Assembly (NCBI GenBank): GCA_963667015.2
Contig: CAXXJJ010000004.1
Span: 3,264,001 to 3,328,000, forward strand
DNA: 64,000 nucleotides
Reading direction: 5' to 3'
Source of the DNA: Desulfatiglandales bacterium
GTDB taxonomy: Bacteria; Desulfobacterota; DSM-4660; Desulfatiglandales; HGW-15
The position numbers and the translations under genes are program-made. Below, in pieces: positions 1-10,907 of this stretch. Each line of letters opens with the position of its first letter. Positions within the stretch are counted from its first letter, which is position 1. The notes beneath the pieces were generated by a model. That model made no database searches. It was not told the DNA's origin and worked only from the letters and a program-made list of their open reading frames with translations.

Positions 1-899
1 ACCAGATTCAGTCCATTTTAAAATCCCAGGGCAACCTGGAGTCCCTGACTGAAGACAGGGGTATTGAAAAGGATGATTACGCCATCATCAGCTACCAGGG
101 ATTCGAAGGAGATGAACCAGCCGACGGCATGAAGGCCGAAAACTACTCTCTTTCCATAGGTTCGGGCAACTTTTATCCGGGATTTGCGGATGAGCTTATC
201 GGCGTAAAAAAGGGTGAAAAAAAGGAATTCACCATTGATTTCAAGGAAGACTATGTCAACCCCAAACTTGCGGGAAAAAACATCAAGTTTGAGGTAGAGG
301 TTACCGATATAAAGGTCATGGTAGTACCTGAATTAAATGACGAGTTTGTTAAAGGACTTGGAGTTGAATTTGAGACGGTTGATGAACTGAAAGAAAGGAT
401 TAAGGAAGATCTCACTTCACGGGAAGAAAAAAGGATAGAGTCTGATCTCAGAAACGCAATCCTTGAAAAAATATCTGACAGTGTAGAATTTGAGCTTCCC
501 GAAAGTCTTGTTGAAAACGAGATCAACGCATCAATTGAAAACATGAGACAGAACTTTTTAAGATCAGGGGTCACATTTGAAAAACTCGGGCTCGAGCCGG
601 AGAAGATGAAATCAGAATTGAGGCCGACCGCCGAAAAGAGTGTAAAGGCGGCTCTTATAATAGGAAAGATCTCAGAGCTGAATGAAATAGATGTAGATGA
701 CAAGGAACTGGACCAGAGCTTTGAAGACATGGCAAAGGATGCCGGACATCCTGCCGAAACAATACGTAAATATTATGAGGCCAACGATCTCATAGATTCA
801 TTCAGACAGACCCTGATAAAGGAAAAGGCCTTGAAATATCTGGTTGAAAATGCTAGCGTTACAGAGGTAGAGCCAGACAAAAAAGCGGAAAAAGAATAA
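1..899 (+). CDS. tig: Trigger factor, 5'-truncated by the window edge
   Basis: Frame is open from position 3 into the 129..899 ORF; FKBP-like segment (GFADELIGVKKGEKKEFTIDF...LAGKNIKFEVEV) and C-terminal chaperone domain; lies upstream of clpPX-lon. Confidence 0.95.
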   Translation, partial: QIQSILKSQGNLESLTEDRGIEKDDYAIISYQGFEGDEPADGMKAENYSLSIGSGNFYPGFADELIGVKKGEKKEFTIDFKEDYVNPKLAGKNIKFEVEVTDIKVMVVPELNDEFVKGLGVEFETVDELKERIKEDLTSREEKRIESDLRNAILEKISDSVEFELPESLVENEINASIENMRQNFLRSGVTFEKLGLEPEKMKSELRPTAEKSVKAALIIGKISELNEIDVDDKELDQSFEDMAKDAGHPAETIRKYYEANDLIDSFRQTLIKEKALKYLVENASVTEVEPDKKAEKE

Positions 900-988
900 A
901 TACTTACGGGTAATTTATTCATGTATTGACGCATTTAAAACTGGTTCTTATTTTTATTAATATTTCTACAGAGAGTGAAAAACAGGTT

Positions 989-1594
989 ATGTTGATACCA
1001 ATTGTAGTTGAGCAGACAAATCGGGGAGAACGTTCTTTTGACATATACTCACGACTGCTGAAAGAGCGGATTATTTTTATAGGTGAACAGGTTGAGGACA
1101 ATATGGCAAACACTGTTATTGCCCAGCTGCTGTTCCTTGAGTCGGAAGACACCGAAAAACCGATTACAGTTTATATAAATTCCCCCGGCGGATCTGTAAC
1201 CGCCGGCCTGGCCATATATGATACAATGCAGTACATCAAACCCGATGTAGCCACACTGTGCATGGGACAGGCATCAAGCATGGGTGCGCTTCTGCTTGCA
1301 GCAGGGGCAAAGGGGAAGAGACTTGCCCTGCCAAACTCCAGGATTATGATTCATCAGCCCCTTGGCGGAGTACAGGGTCAGGCCACTGACATTGAGATTC
1401 AGGCCAAAGAAATGATGAAGGTAAAAAACACAATCCATAATATCCTTGTTGAGCATACAGGTCAGTCCATTGAAAAAATCCGTGAGGACACCGAACGTGA
1501 CTATTTCATGAGCGCCGACCAGGCAATGGAATACGGCATTGTTGACAGAGTAATTAAAGCAAGAGAAATAAAAGAAGAATTAAAGGAAAAATAG
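989..1594 (+). CDS. clpP: ATP-dependent Clp protease proteolytic subunit
   Basis: [51 protein letters not shown] 989 preferred over the ORF start at 926. Confidence 0.98.
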   Translation: MLIPIVVEQTNRGERSFDIYSRLLKERIIFIGEQVEDNMANTVIAQLLFLESEDTEKPITVYINSPGGSVTAGLAIYDTMQYIKPDVATLCMGQASSMGALLLAAGAKGKRLALPNSRIMIHQPLGGVQGQATDIEIQAKEMMKVKNTIHNILVEHTGQSIEKIREDTERDYFMSADQAMEYGIVDRVIKAREIKEELKEK

Positions 1595-1603
1595 AGGTAT
1601 CTG

Positions 1604-2851
1604 ATGCAAAGAAAAGATGATTCCGGTAACGATCTGCAATGCTCCTTTTGCGGAAAGAGCGAAGACGAGGTAAAAAAACTTATTACAGCCTCATCATCGG
1701 TATATATATGCGATGAATGTGTCCAGCTCTGCACCGAGATAATAGCCGAAGAGTATGGAAACGAAAAGGAAGAGAGCCTTGAACTGCCGAAACCATATCA
1801 GATTAAGGAAGCCCTTGATGATTATGTCATCGAGCAGGACAGGCCTAAAAAGATACTTTCTGTAGCGGTTCACAACCATTACAAGAGAATAAATACCAAT
1901 ATCAAGATGGACGATGTCGAGATTCAGAAAAGCAACATTCTCCTGATAGGTCCGACCGGATCCGGCAAGACTTTACTTGCCCAGACCCTGGCGAGGATTC
2001 TCAAGGTGCCCTTCACGATTGCCGACGCAACAACTCTCACCGAGGCAGGTTATGTTGGAGAAGATGTTGAAAACATTATTCTTAACCTTGTCCAGATAGC
2101 GGACTATGAGGTTGAATCTGCCTGCAAGGGGATAGTCTATATTGATGAGATAGACAAAATAGCCAGAAAATCCGACAGCCCTTCAATCACAAGGGATGTA
2201 TCGGGTGAAGGTGTTCAGCAGGCCCTGCTCAAGATAATTGAGGGGACCATGGCAAGTGTACCCCCAAAGGGCGGAAGAAAGCACCCGCAGCAGGATTTTG
2301 TAAAGGTTGATACGAGCAATATACTGTTTATATGCGGAGGAACCTTTACCGGTCTCGAAAAGATCATCAGAAACCGGATCGGAAGCAAATCAATGGGATT
2401 TGAGGCTGAAATCCATGCCCAGGATAAAGATGATTCAGATGACATCATCGCCATGGCGCAGCCCGAGGATCTCGTAAAGTTCGGACTGATTCCCGAATTT
2501 ATCGGTAGAATACCGATAATCGCAACCCTGAATAACCTCAGTGAAGATGCCCTTGTAAGGATACTTACAGAACCTAAAAATGCCCTTGTTAAACAGTACA
2601 AAAAACTGTTTGAGGTTGAAGGGGTTGAACTCAAGTTCCAGGAAGAGGCATACCGGGCTATTGCCAGGGATGCCATCAAAAGAAAATCAGGGGCGCGCGG
2701 TTTGCGTGCAATACTCGAATCAGTAATGCTGGATATTATGTATGACATCCCGAGCATGCCCGGGGTCAGCGAATGTATTATTGAAGAGAGTGTAATAACA
2801 AAAGGAACCGAACCTCTAATAACATATGAAAACAAGGCAGGTTACGCATAA
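1604..2851 (+). CDS. clpX: ATP-dependent Clp protease ATP-binding subunit
   Basis: CSFC/CDEC zinc finger, GPTGSGKT Walker A, YIDEIDKI Walker [15 protein letters not shown]. Confidence 0.98.
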   Translation: MQRKDDSGNDLQCSFCGKSEDEVKKLITASSSVYICDECVQLCTEIIAEEYGNEKEESLELPKPYQIKEALDDYVIEQDRPKKILSVAVHNHYKRINTNIKMDDVEIQKSNILLIGPTGSGKTLLAQTLARILKVPFTIADATTLTEAGYVGEDVENIILNLVQIADYEVESACKGIVYIDEIDKIARKSDSPSITRDVSGEGVQQALLKIIEGTMASVPPKGGRKHPQQDFVKVDTSNILFICGGTFTGLEKIIRNRIGSKSMGFEAEIHAQDKDDSDDIIAMAQPEDLVKFGLIPEFIGRIPIIATLNNLSEDALVRILTEPKNALVKQYKKLFEVEGVELKFQEEAYRAIARDAIKRKSGARGLRAILESVMLDIMYDIPSMPGVSECIIEESVITKGTEPLITYENKAGYA

Positions 2852-2854
2852 GTC

Positions 2855-5311
2855 ATGTTTAATTTTAACAAGAAGGATCAAATGAATTTTTTTACAGACG
2901 ATAACACCAGGTACCCGCTTCTCCCTTTAAAGGATATGGTGGTTTTTCCCAACAGGGTTGTGCATTTATTTGTAGCCAGGGAAAAGTCTATCAAGGCAAT
3001 AGACTATGCCATGGCCAATGACAAGGAGATCTTCCTTTCTGCACAGAAGGACGCATCCATCGACAATCCGGTGGAAAACGATATCTATTCATTCGGTACC
3101 CTGGGTACTGTCCTGCAGAAACTTACACTGCCGGACGGGACTGTAAAAGTCCTGATTGAGGGTAAAAAGCGCGCCAGGATAGAAACATTTCTGGACAATC
3201 CTGATTTCTACATGGTGGAAGTCAACCTGGTGAACGAAAAATTTGAGGACTCGCCAAAGGTCCAGGCGCTTGTGCGTTCTATTATTGAAAGCTTTGATGA
3301 GTATGCAAAGCTAAATAAAAAAGTCGGAAAAGACCTTGCAAATACGATATCAGCTATCAATGACCCGGCAAAGCTCGCAGACACCATTACTTCCCACCTG
3401 GGGCTTAATGTGTCTGACAAGCAGGAACTGCTTGCAAAGATAGATGTTGAAGACCGGCTGGATGCACTCTTTAAAAAACTGGTCAGCGAGATCAAAATCC
3501 TTTCCATCGAAAGCAGATTAAAAAGGCGCGTTAAAAAACAGATGGAAAAAACCCAGAAGGATTATTATCTCAACGAACAGATGAGGGCCATCCAGAAGGA
3601 GATGGGGACCAAGGATGATTTCAAGGCGGAACTTGAACAGCTTGAAAAAAAGATAAAAAGGAAAAAACTTACAAAGGAAGCAAAGGAAAAGGTGTGGCAG
3701 GAGTTCAACAAGCTCAAGATGATGTCTCCCATGTCTGCCGAGGCAACCGTTGTAAGGAACTATATAGACTGGATTATTGCACTGCCATGGAATGACAAAA
3801 CAAAAGACAAGATGGATATGGATGAGGCCAAGGCTATCCTTGATGAAGATCATTACGGCCTCAAAAAACCCAAGGAAAGGATTCTGGAATATCTTGCGGT
3901 ACAGAACCTTACCAAAAAGATTAAGGGTCCTATCCTCTGCCTTGTGGGTCCTCCGGGTGTTGGCAAGACATCCCTGGCAAAATCCGTTGCAAGGTCAATG
4001 GGCAGAAATTTTGTCAGGTTATCCCTTGGAGGTGTTAGGGATGAGGCTGAAATACGCGGTCACAGAAGGACATATATAGGCGCGCTTCCGGGCAAGATCA
4101 TACAGTATCTCAAAAAGGCAAAATCCAGCAATCCGGTATTCTGCCTTGACGAAGTTGACAAGATGAGCACTGACTTCAGGGGCGATCCATCAGCAGCCCT
4201 TCTTGAGGTGCTTGACCCTGAACAGAATTATGCATTTAACGATCATTATCTTGATCTTGATTACGATCTTTCAAATGTTCTGTTTATTACAACTGCAAAC
4301 ACCCTTTACAACATCCCTCTTCCTCTGCAGGACAGAATGGAAATAATCAGGATTGCAGGTTATACAGAGCTTGAAAAGCTTAATATTGCCAAGCAGTTCC
4401 TGGTTAAAAAGCAGATCGAACTTAACGGCCTGACAGAAGAAAACATCAATATCTCAGATCAGGCCCTCCTGGGTATTATAAGGAACTATACCAGGGAGGC
4501 CGGTGTAAGGAATCTTGAAAGAGAAATCTCCTCTGTCTGCAGAAAGGTGGCAAAGGAGGTCGTTAAAAAGGGTAAAGACACAAAGGTAAGTATCTCTGCC
4601 ACTTCACTCAACAAATACCTGGGGGTTATTAAATTCCGATTTGGAAGCTCCGAAGAGCAGGATGCAGTGGGTGTAACAACCGGCCTTGCATGGACAGAGG
4701 TGGGAGGAGAACTTCTCCAGACAGAAGCGGCTATCATGCCGGGTAAAGGCGCGCTTAAACTGACCGGAAAACTCGGAGATGTAATGCAGGAATCTGCCCA
4801 GGCGGCCATGAGTTATGTAAGAACAAGGGCAAGGCAGCTTCAGCTTCCCGACCTTTTTTACGAGAAGGTTGATATACACATACACGTGCCTGAAGGGGCA
4901 ATACCCAAAGACGGTCCGTCTGCAGGTATTGCGCTTGCAACAACAATTATTTCCGCCCTTACAGGCAAACCTGTTAATTCAAAGATTGCCATGACAGGCG
5001 AGATAACCCTGAGAGGAAGAGTGCTTCCCATTGGCGGTTTGAAGGAAAAGATACTTGCAGCCCACAGGGGCAACATAACCAAGGTTCTTATACCAATGGA
5101 TAATAAAAAAGACCTCGAAGAGATCCCTGACAGGATACTTAAAAAGGTCGAGATAATACCTGTTGAGCATATGGACGATGTATTAAAGGAAGCGCTGGTA
5201 CTGAAAGAAGACGAAGTTCTTTTTGCGCCGGAGGAGAAATGTGAGCCCTTCAGCATTGAGGCGTGCATGGATATAAAACCTCCTCAAAATAATGAAGTTA
5301 CAGCACATTAA
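2855..5311 (+). CDS. lon: Lon protease
   Basis: LON N-domain, [23 protein letters not shown] catalytic Ser motif. Confidence 0.98.
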   Translation: MFNFNKKDQMNFFTDDNTRYPLLPLKDMVVFPNRVVHLFVAREKSIKAIDYAMANDKEIFLSAQKDASIDNPVENDIYSFGTLGTVLQKLTLPDGTVKVLIEGKKRARIETFLDNPDFYMVEVNLVNEKFEDSPKVQALVRSIIESFDEYAKLNKKVGKDLANTISAINDPAKLADTITSHLGLNVSDKQELLAKIDVEDRLDALFKKLVSEIKILSIESRLKRRVKKQMEKTQKDYYLNEQMRAIQKEMGTKDDFKAELEQLEKKIKRKKLTKEAKEKVWQEFNKLKMMSPMSAEATVVRNYIDWIIALPWNDKTKDKMDMDEAKAILDEDHYGLKKPKERILEYLAVQNLTKKIKGPILCLVGPPGVGKTSLAKSVARSMGRNFVRLSLGGVRDEAEIRGHRRTYIGALPGKIIQYLKKAKSSNPVFCLDEVDKMSTDFRGDPSAALLEVLDPEQNYAFNDHYLDLDYDLSNVLFITTANTLYNIPLPLQDRMEIIRIAGYTELEKLNIAKQFLVKKQIELNGLTEENINISDQALLGIIRNYTREAGVRNLEREISSVCRKVAKEVVKKGKDTKVSISATSLNKYLGVIKFRFGSSEEQDAVGVTTGLAWTEVGGELLQTEAAIMPGKGALKLTGKLGDVMQESAQAAMSYVRTRARQLQLPDLFYEKVDIHIHVPEGAIPKDGPSAGIALATTIISALTGKPVNSKIAMTGEITLRGRVLPIGGLKEKILAAHRGNITKVLIPMDNKKDLEEIPDRILKKVEIIPVEHMDDVLKEALVLKEDEVLFAPEEKCEPFSIEACMDIKPPQNNEVTAH

Positions 5312-5398
5312 TGCTTGACAATATTTTTCTCATATGAGAGAAGAACAGTTTCCGTGAGCTGACAACTCACATGGAATCGTGAAAGAAATACCAACAGT

Positions 5399-5460
5399 GG
5401 GCGGATAGCTCAGCTGGGAGAGCGCCCCGCAAATAAGCGGGGATGTCGCAAAGATTGTTC
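5399..5460 (+). pseudogene. tRNA-Val-like pseudo-copy with replaced anticodon arm and degenerate 3' half
   Basis: First 26 nt identical to tRNA-Val at 5563; anticodon arm replaced by CCCCGC-AAATAA-GCGGGG; ATGTCGCA retained; no T-loop, 3' acceptor strand or CCA. Confidence 0.75.
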
Positions 5461-5562
5461 TTTTAAAATTAAAATTATCCTCACACCTTATGTATTAGAG
5501 ACGTCAATCGATTATACTAAGGTGTTTTAAAATAAGGATGATGATGTGAAAAATTAAAAAGT

Positions 5563-5637
5563 GGGCGGATAGCTCAGCTGGGAGAGCGTCGGCCTTACAG
5601 CCGAATGTCGCAGGTTCGAACCCTGTTCTGCCCACCA
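5563..5637 (+). tRNA. tRNA-Val(TAC); anticodon loop reads 6 nt as given
   Basis: Acceptor GGGCGGA/TCTGCCC, D-arm AGCTCAGCTGGGAGAGC, anticodon stem TCGGC/GCCGA around CTTACA, GTTCGAAC T-loop, encoded CCA. Confidence 0.92.
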
Positions 5638-5710
5638 CTTTTTTTAAAAAAATGCTTGATAAAGCATTTTAAAAAGGGTATCAAGACTTTCACAATTTCA
5701 AGGGATTCCC

Positions 5711-5788
5711 GGGGGCGTAGTTCAGCTTGGTTAGAACGCCGGCCTGTCACGCCGGAGGTCGCGAGTTCGATCCTCGTCGCTCCCGCCA
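5711..5788 (+). tRNA. tRNA-Asp(GTC)
   Basis: Acceptor GGGGGCG/CGCTCCC, anticodon arm CCGGC-CTGTCAC-GCCGG, GTTCGATC T-loop, CCA end. Confidence 0.97.
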
Positions 5789-5796
5789 CTTATAGC

Positions 5797-5831
5797 AAAG
5801 GGCTTAACTCTTATCAGGGTTGAGCCCTTTT
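5797..5831 (+). terminator. Intrinsic terminator after the tRNA genes
   Basis: AAAGGGCTTAACTC-loop-GGGTTGAGCCCTTTT hairpin ending in a T run. Confidence 0.8.
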
Positions 5832-6027
5832 GTATTTCGTGTCCTGCTTAGCCTAAATGATACAAACAAAGAGAATTGTCAAATAAAATTATTTATTCAA
5901 CGTCGGTATCTTACTGATTTAATTAATTATATTAAGACAATGAAATCAATTAACTTGAAAGTTAACCAGGTCAATGTATACTAAACTCTATTCATTGTTA
6001 ACCGGCAAACAAGATAAGGATAAATTA

Positions 6028-6450
6028 ATGGAAGAGATAGAATGGAGTGATGAATACAGCGTTGGTATTGAAGCTATTGATAATCAGCATAAAATATTAT
6101 TAAAAATGATTAATAGTATTATCAGAACTCACGACACAACAGCTAATCCTGAAACAGTAACTAATTTAATTTCTGATATGACGAAATACGCACAGGAACA
6201 TTTTAGTGCTGAAGAAAATATTATGAAGGAAAACGGATATTCGAAATTAGATAAACATATTGAAGAACACCAGGCTTTTATTGAAAAGACAGTTGATTTA
6301 TGCTCAGCCACTTATCTTGAAATCGGGAAAGTTCCTGCTGTATTGCTTAACTTTTTAAAAGAGTGGTTGAAATCCCATATATTAAAAACAGACATGGAAT
6401 TAAAAAACTTTTTTAATGAAAAAACAATTAACAGCAATTCCATTGAATAA
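6028..6450 (+). CDS. Bacteriohemerythrin
   Basis: WSDEYSVGIEAIDNQH, HFSAEE, HIEEH, HILKTD di-iron ligands; ATG 6028 preferred over 5974. Confidence 0.9.
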   Translation: MEEIEWSDEYSVGIEAIDNQHKILLKMINSIIRTHDTTANPETVTNLISDMTKYAQEHFSAEENIMKENGYSKLDKHIEEHQAFIEKTVDLCSATYLEIGKVPAVLLNFLKEWLKSHILKTDMELKNFFNEKTINSNSIE

Positions 6451-6665
6451 AAATATCTATTTTTGTAACTGTTGTTACTGAATATATTAATCTCCGGGCA
6501 GATTATATTTCTTATTATCTTCAACTATCAGTTAAGGGGCACGTATTCCCTAGAATACAATTTTCTAAACTTTTACATAAATCCAGCCAATCATAATTGA
6601 CATAGAATGAATTTTTTACTTAAAATTTACACGCTTTAGAATTGATCAAGGTTTTAGTCTCCATT

Positions 6666-6697
6666 GAAAGGCCGAGAACCACCTCTCTCGGCCTTTC
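6666..6697. terminator. Perfect 12-bp stem hairpin, probable terminator
   Basis: GAAAGGCCGAGA-N8-TCTCGGCCTTTC. Confidence 0.55.
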
Positions 6698-6763
6698 GCC
6701 ATTTTTTACTGCATACTTTTTTTAGATATCAGAATTGTTTTTTATTCCTTATCTCTTTTCATC

Positions 6764-6952
6764 CTACTGTGGATACTCGTTATGATTTTGACAAAAAAAC
6801 CTTCCTCCTGCAGTCTCAGGGAACACGGCTAAAAGATTATTTTTGTCTTTATTTGAAGCATTGAAAGATCTTGTTTTCAAATGTTCATCAAGGTATGTCT
6901 GCATATCGTCAGGAGTGATTTTATTTACATGCATATACATTGAATTTAACAA
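6764..6952 (-). pseudogene. Possible remnant of a tyrosine-integrase core-binding domain
   Basis: VNKITPDDMQTYLDEHLKTRSFNASNKDKNNLLAVF resembles the ITPxxIQxYL...S..T.N.....L.A.F pattern; short, no catalytic domain; about 1 kb downstream of tRNAs. Confidence 0.3.
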
Positions 6953-7029
6953 ACACTGAATGCACAGGAATATTAATTCTCAGCAAATTAATTGCCAATG
7001 TCAGCCGCATAAAATATTGGAGCATATAA

Positions 7030-7590
7030 ATGGATTATATACCGGATTCAAATACAGCGCTTATTGTAATTGATGTTCAAAAGGGACTTGACGATCCAAT
7101 CTGGGGAGAAAGAAATAACCCGGATGCAGAAGCTAATATATCACGTATAATCTCTTTTTGGAGAAACAACAAACGTCCTGTAATTCACATCCAGCATTGT
7201 CCTGTAGAGCCTGATTCCCCGCTGCGTCCACACCTGCCTGGAGTTGAATTTAAGCCAGAGGCCGCTCCGCTTCCAGGGGAGATAATTTTTCAAAAGTCTG
7301 TTAACAGTGCATTTATTGGTACTGACCTGGAATCATATCTCAGGTCGGAACAAATTGAAAATGTAGTTATCATCGGTTTAACAACAGACCAGTGTGTATC
7401 AACTACAACCCGTATGGCAGGAAATCTAGGTTTCAATGTTCTGCTTGTTTCTGATGCTACCGCAGCATTTAATAAAACAGGTCCGGACGGCAAAGAATAT
7501 AGCGCTGAAACAATTTTTTCTGCTAATTTAGCCAGCCTGCATAATGAATTTTGCAAGGTAATTACGACTGCGCAATTATTGAGTGCATAA
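7030..7590 (+). CDS. Isochorismatase / cysteine hydrolase family protein
   Basis: ALIVIDVQKG, KSVNSAF, GLTTDQCVSTTTR, VSDATA motifs. Confidence 0.9.
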   Translation: MDYIPDSNTALIVIDVQKGLDDPIWGERNNPDAEANISRIISFWRNNKRPVIHIQHCPVEPDSPLRPHLPGVEFKPEAAPLPGEIIFQKSVNSAFIGTDLESYLRSEQIENVVIIGLTTDQCVSTTTRMAGNLGFNVLLVSDATAAFNKTGPDGKEYSAETIFSANLASLHNEFCKVITTAQLLSA

Positions 7591-7803
7591 TGGCGGTTTA
7601 AAATTGTTTAATCTGACGTTTACCCTTAGGTACTGCCAATCCAGGCATGTTTTTTAAAACCCGATTGAATCTGGTATAGATACCTTTCTTCAGGGGATGT
7701 TTTTGACCAGCATGACTAAATATCATTAGATTTATGACCTGCAGCCATCTCATCAATCTTTTCATCGCTTACTTAAAAAAGAATGAAAAATTTTTCTGAA
7801 AAC

Positions 7804-8277
7804 CTAATTCTTTTTCGGAGACCATTTTTTTAAAAAATTTAAAAACTTCTCCTTATCATAAGATTTACCGTTTTCCAGGAGCCCTGTATTTTGAGAATGA
7901 AGAAGTTTACCCTCTGAGGAGAGCACAAAAATATGGGGATAACCTTCGATTTTAGGAAACCTGGAAAGAATCTCTTTATTCTCATTTTCCGGGCTGAAAT
8001 TTATTTTCAACAATATAAAATTGTCATGAAGGCAGCTTTCAACCTCCTTATTTTCCTCAATCCATTTTTCCATAATCCTGCACCAGATGCACCAGTTCCC
8101 TCCAATGTCCAGAAGTATATTTTTTTCTGCCTCACCGGCCATTTTTATTGCCAGCGAAAGATCTTTACCGGCATCTCTTTGAGGATCAAATTTCACTGGC
8201 AAGTCATCCGCCCCGGCTGAACTGAGCGAAAAAAACAATGCTGACACAAAAACAATCGATATAATAAATGACCTCAT
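7804..8277 (-). CDS. Exported thioredoxin-family protein
   Basis: Signal peptide, GGNWCIWC CxxC motif, GYP cis-Pro loop. Confidence 0.85.
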   Translation of the reverse strand: MRSFIISIVFVSALFFSLSSAGADDLPVKFDPQRDAGKDLSLAIKMAGEAEKNILLDIGGNWCIWCRIMEKWIEENKEVESCLHDNFILLKINFSPENENKEILSRFPKIEGYPHIFVLSSEGKLLHSQNTGLLENGKSYDKEKFLNFLKKWSPKKN

Positions 8278-8907
8278 TATTAATCTCCTTTTATACGAAC
8301 AGGTTTAGATACGTATCATAACCCGGAATTTAAAGCTTTTTCAATATATCTCATCTTTTGGAATATTTATGGGACGTTGTTGACTATCATGACTAATTTT
8401 TTTTAAAAAAAAGAATCCTCCCCTGATGTTCATCAAATAGAAACAAAATCCCTCTGCTTAAAAAAATTATCTAAATATTTCATTTCAATCCTTCGTATTT
8501 TTTTCCTGCAACAACCCTTTTCATAAGATTGAAAAACATACCAGGTAATAGCTCTTATTCAAAATCCGGTTAACTGTATCGCCTTTAACTTGTTAAGTTT
8601 ATTACTTATTTATAAAATAATATAATAAAATATTGTAATATTCCGGACAACTGGAATACTTATCTGGCATAAACTTATCTCTCGTTTCATATATTTTACT
8701 GAAACACATTATGTTTTACTTTGAATTATCCATTGCATCATACTTTTTAATAATATTTTAGTTAACATTTTAAGCCTGTTGTGACACAATCTCCAGGAAA
8801 TAAACATTTCGGATTTTTGTCATTTTGCTAATAAATATAATTTAAAAACAGACCATTAGTACTTGAGCAAAACTCTGCCCCTTTAAAGGTTATCCGGGAG
8901 ACTCAAA

Positions 8908-9288
8908 ATGGATTGGAATCTTAATTTCAGGAACGATGAAATACTTGAGATGAAAACATACGGAATTTTTGCTTTTGATGATTTAGCGAGAATGATTGAG
9001 CAGATTATAGTTGATCCAAAATGGAAACCAGGGATGAATGTTATCGCAGATTTTAGAGAAGTTGATGTAAGGGGCGTTAGTGTTAAGGAAATTTATGAGG
9101 CTAAGGACCTGCATACTCAATATAATGATTTAGCTGGAGAAGGAAAAATAGCCACGATTCTAGGCTCCAACCTTGCCTACGGGTTCAGCCGCATGTACCA
9201 GGCAATAGCAGGCACAGATGTAAAATCACGGATTATGACCTTTAGAGATTATGAAAACGGAGTTGACTGGATTCAGGGAAAACTGTAA
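8908..9288 (+). CDS. Hypothetical protein (SpoIIAA/STAS-SEC14-like)
   Basis: GGAG RBS; VIADFREVD...KIATILGSNLAYGFSRMY...FRDYENGVDWI pattern. Confidence 0.6.
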   Translation: MDWNLNFRNDEILEMKTYGIFAFDDLARMIEQIIVDPKWKPGMNVIADFREVDVRGVSVKEIYEAKDLHTQYNDLAGEGKIATILGSNLAYGFSRMYQAIAGTDVKSRIMTFRDYENGVDWIQGKL

Positions 9289-9476
9289 ATGGACAGCCAG
9301 ATTCATTTTATTATGCACGACCTGCTGAATCCCTGAGTACAGGTAATACTATACCCCTCCAGGATTAATTTTTTAGCCCCTTTAAATGAAACGGCATTTA
9401 TGTTACTATCCTTTCTTGTCTAGATGATTCAAAATATTTTTAATAATCTTTAAAATTTCCGCTTTTTAAATTTATC

Positions 9477-10088
9477 ATGCCAAAGATTAGATACAGCGCT
9501 TCCAAATTACCGGCAGGACCAATAACAGATACGACCAGTTCCTTTTTCTTCATCTTATTTCTGCTTCTTTTTCTTACATGTAACAATATTTCCTATGCAA
9601 ACGACTTTTCTTCTGACAATTACGAGCTCACCTATGAAAAAAATCGTATAAACATCTCAGCCTCAGAGGCCGATTTGAAAAGTATTCTTTTTGATATTGC
9701 TGAAAAAGCGAATATCTCTATACGATATCCGGCCTCTCTTGATACAAAAATCACCCTTAAAATACGCAATATTACTCTAAAAAAGGCGTTAAAGCGTTTA
9801 CTGAAAGATTTTAATTATTCCATAATCTATTCAGGCGCAAAAAAACAGGCTTCAATTTCGGAGGTTTTCATTCTCCAAAAGATCAAGAGATCGACAAGGG
9901 TCAATAGAAACAGTAACAGTAATGAGGCAAGAATTACCAGCAGGATTAATTCCTATGAAAGACGTATTGAATCCCTGAAAAAAAATCTGTCAAAAGAGGG
10001 CGAAAACAGTGCAAGAGGCAAGAGATATTTAAATCAGATCAAATCCTATGAAAAAACTATCGAGAGACTAAAAAGACAATTAAATTAA
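9477..10088 (+). CDS. Hypothetical exported protein with STN/secretin-N-like domain and basic coiled-coil tail
   Basis: Hydrophobic N-region; INISASEADLKSILFDIAEKANISI...ITLKIRNITLKKALKRLL; start uncertain. Confidence 0.55.
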   Translation: MPKIRYSASKLPAGPITDTTSSFFFILFLLLFLTCNNISYANDFSSDNYELTYEKNRINISASEADLKSILFDIAEKANISIRYPASLDTKITLKIRNITLKKALKRLLKDFNYSIIYSGAKKQASISEVFILQKIKRSTRVNRNSNSNEARITSRINSYERRIESLKKNLSKEGENSARGKRYLNQIKSYEKTIERLKRQLN

Positions 10089-10268
10089 GACTTTATAAAA
10101 CATTTTTCCGATCAAATTGCCGGACTAACCTAATATTAATCTTTGTATACAGGCTTTTACTTTAGCAGATAATACCGTTTTCTTAGTCTTTTTTCATTAA
10201 ACCAGTCAAGATATTGTCATTTTAAAACGATATATAATTATTGTTCAAGAAAATGAAGGTAATTAACC

Positions 10269-10826
10269 ATGAAAGTAAAGGGATCAGCAGTTGCGACTCT
10301 GCCTCAATTTGTCAAAGATAAATTTAGAGAAGATGGCTTTGAGAAATGGCTCGCCTCTCTGTCTCCTGAGGCGCAGAAGGTTTTTGAAAAAAACGTGCTC
10401 TCTGTCGGATGGTTTCCTCTGAAAGAGATTCTTATTGAACCTACAAAGTGTATCTGTGACCTCTTTTACAATGGAAATATGAAAGGGGCTTGGGATTCGG
10501 GAAGATTCAGTGCAGAACAGGGCCTTAAAGGTGTTTATAAGGTCTTTTTAAAACTTGGTTCAGCCGCATTTATTACAAAAAAAGCGAGCTCCATCCTTCC
10601 GACATATTATGAACCGAGTGAGATGAAGGTTGCTGACCTTCAGTCGAACAGTACTGTCATCCATATCACAAAATTTGACGAACCAAGCGAGATAATTGAT
10701 AACAGAATCGGAGGCTGGATGGAAAAAGCCCTTGAACTGAGCGGATATAAAACCGTTAATATTTCTATTGCAAAGTCTCTTGCCAGGGGAGCCGCATTCA
10801 CCGAATTCCATGTATCGTGGAAATAA
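10269..10826 (+). CDS. Hypothetical protein, DUF2378/V4R-like
   Basis: MKVKGS..., WLASLSPE...GWFPL, GWMEKALELSG...EFHVSW pattern. Confidence 0.55.
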   Translation: MKVKGSAVATLPQFVKDKFREDGFEKWLASLSPEAQKVFEKNVLSVGWFPLKEILIEPTKCICDLFYNGNMKGAWDSGRFSAEQGLKGVYKVFLKLGSAAFITKKASSILPTYYEPSEMKVADLQSNSTVIHITKFDEPSEIIDNRIGGWMEKALELSGYKTVNISIAKSLARGAAFTEFHVSWK

Positions 10827-10907
10827 GGGGATTAACCCGGCATTAATACTTCATCCGTTATGAACGGATTTTTATCGGAAAGGTATTACCTAGTGCCTCA
10901 AAACAGT

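Noticed and set aside
5595..5823. ORFs 5595..5789 (-) and 5605..5823 (+)
   Set aside because: They overlap the tRNA-Val and tRNA-Asp genes; shadow ORFs
7615..7780. Possible degraded ORF on the minus strand
   Set aside because: Interrupted by stops with no recognisable family
8665..8680. TGGCATAAACTTATC as a sigma54 promoter
   Set aside because: Lacks the -12 GC
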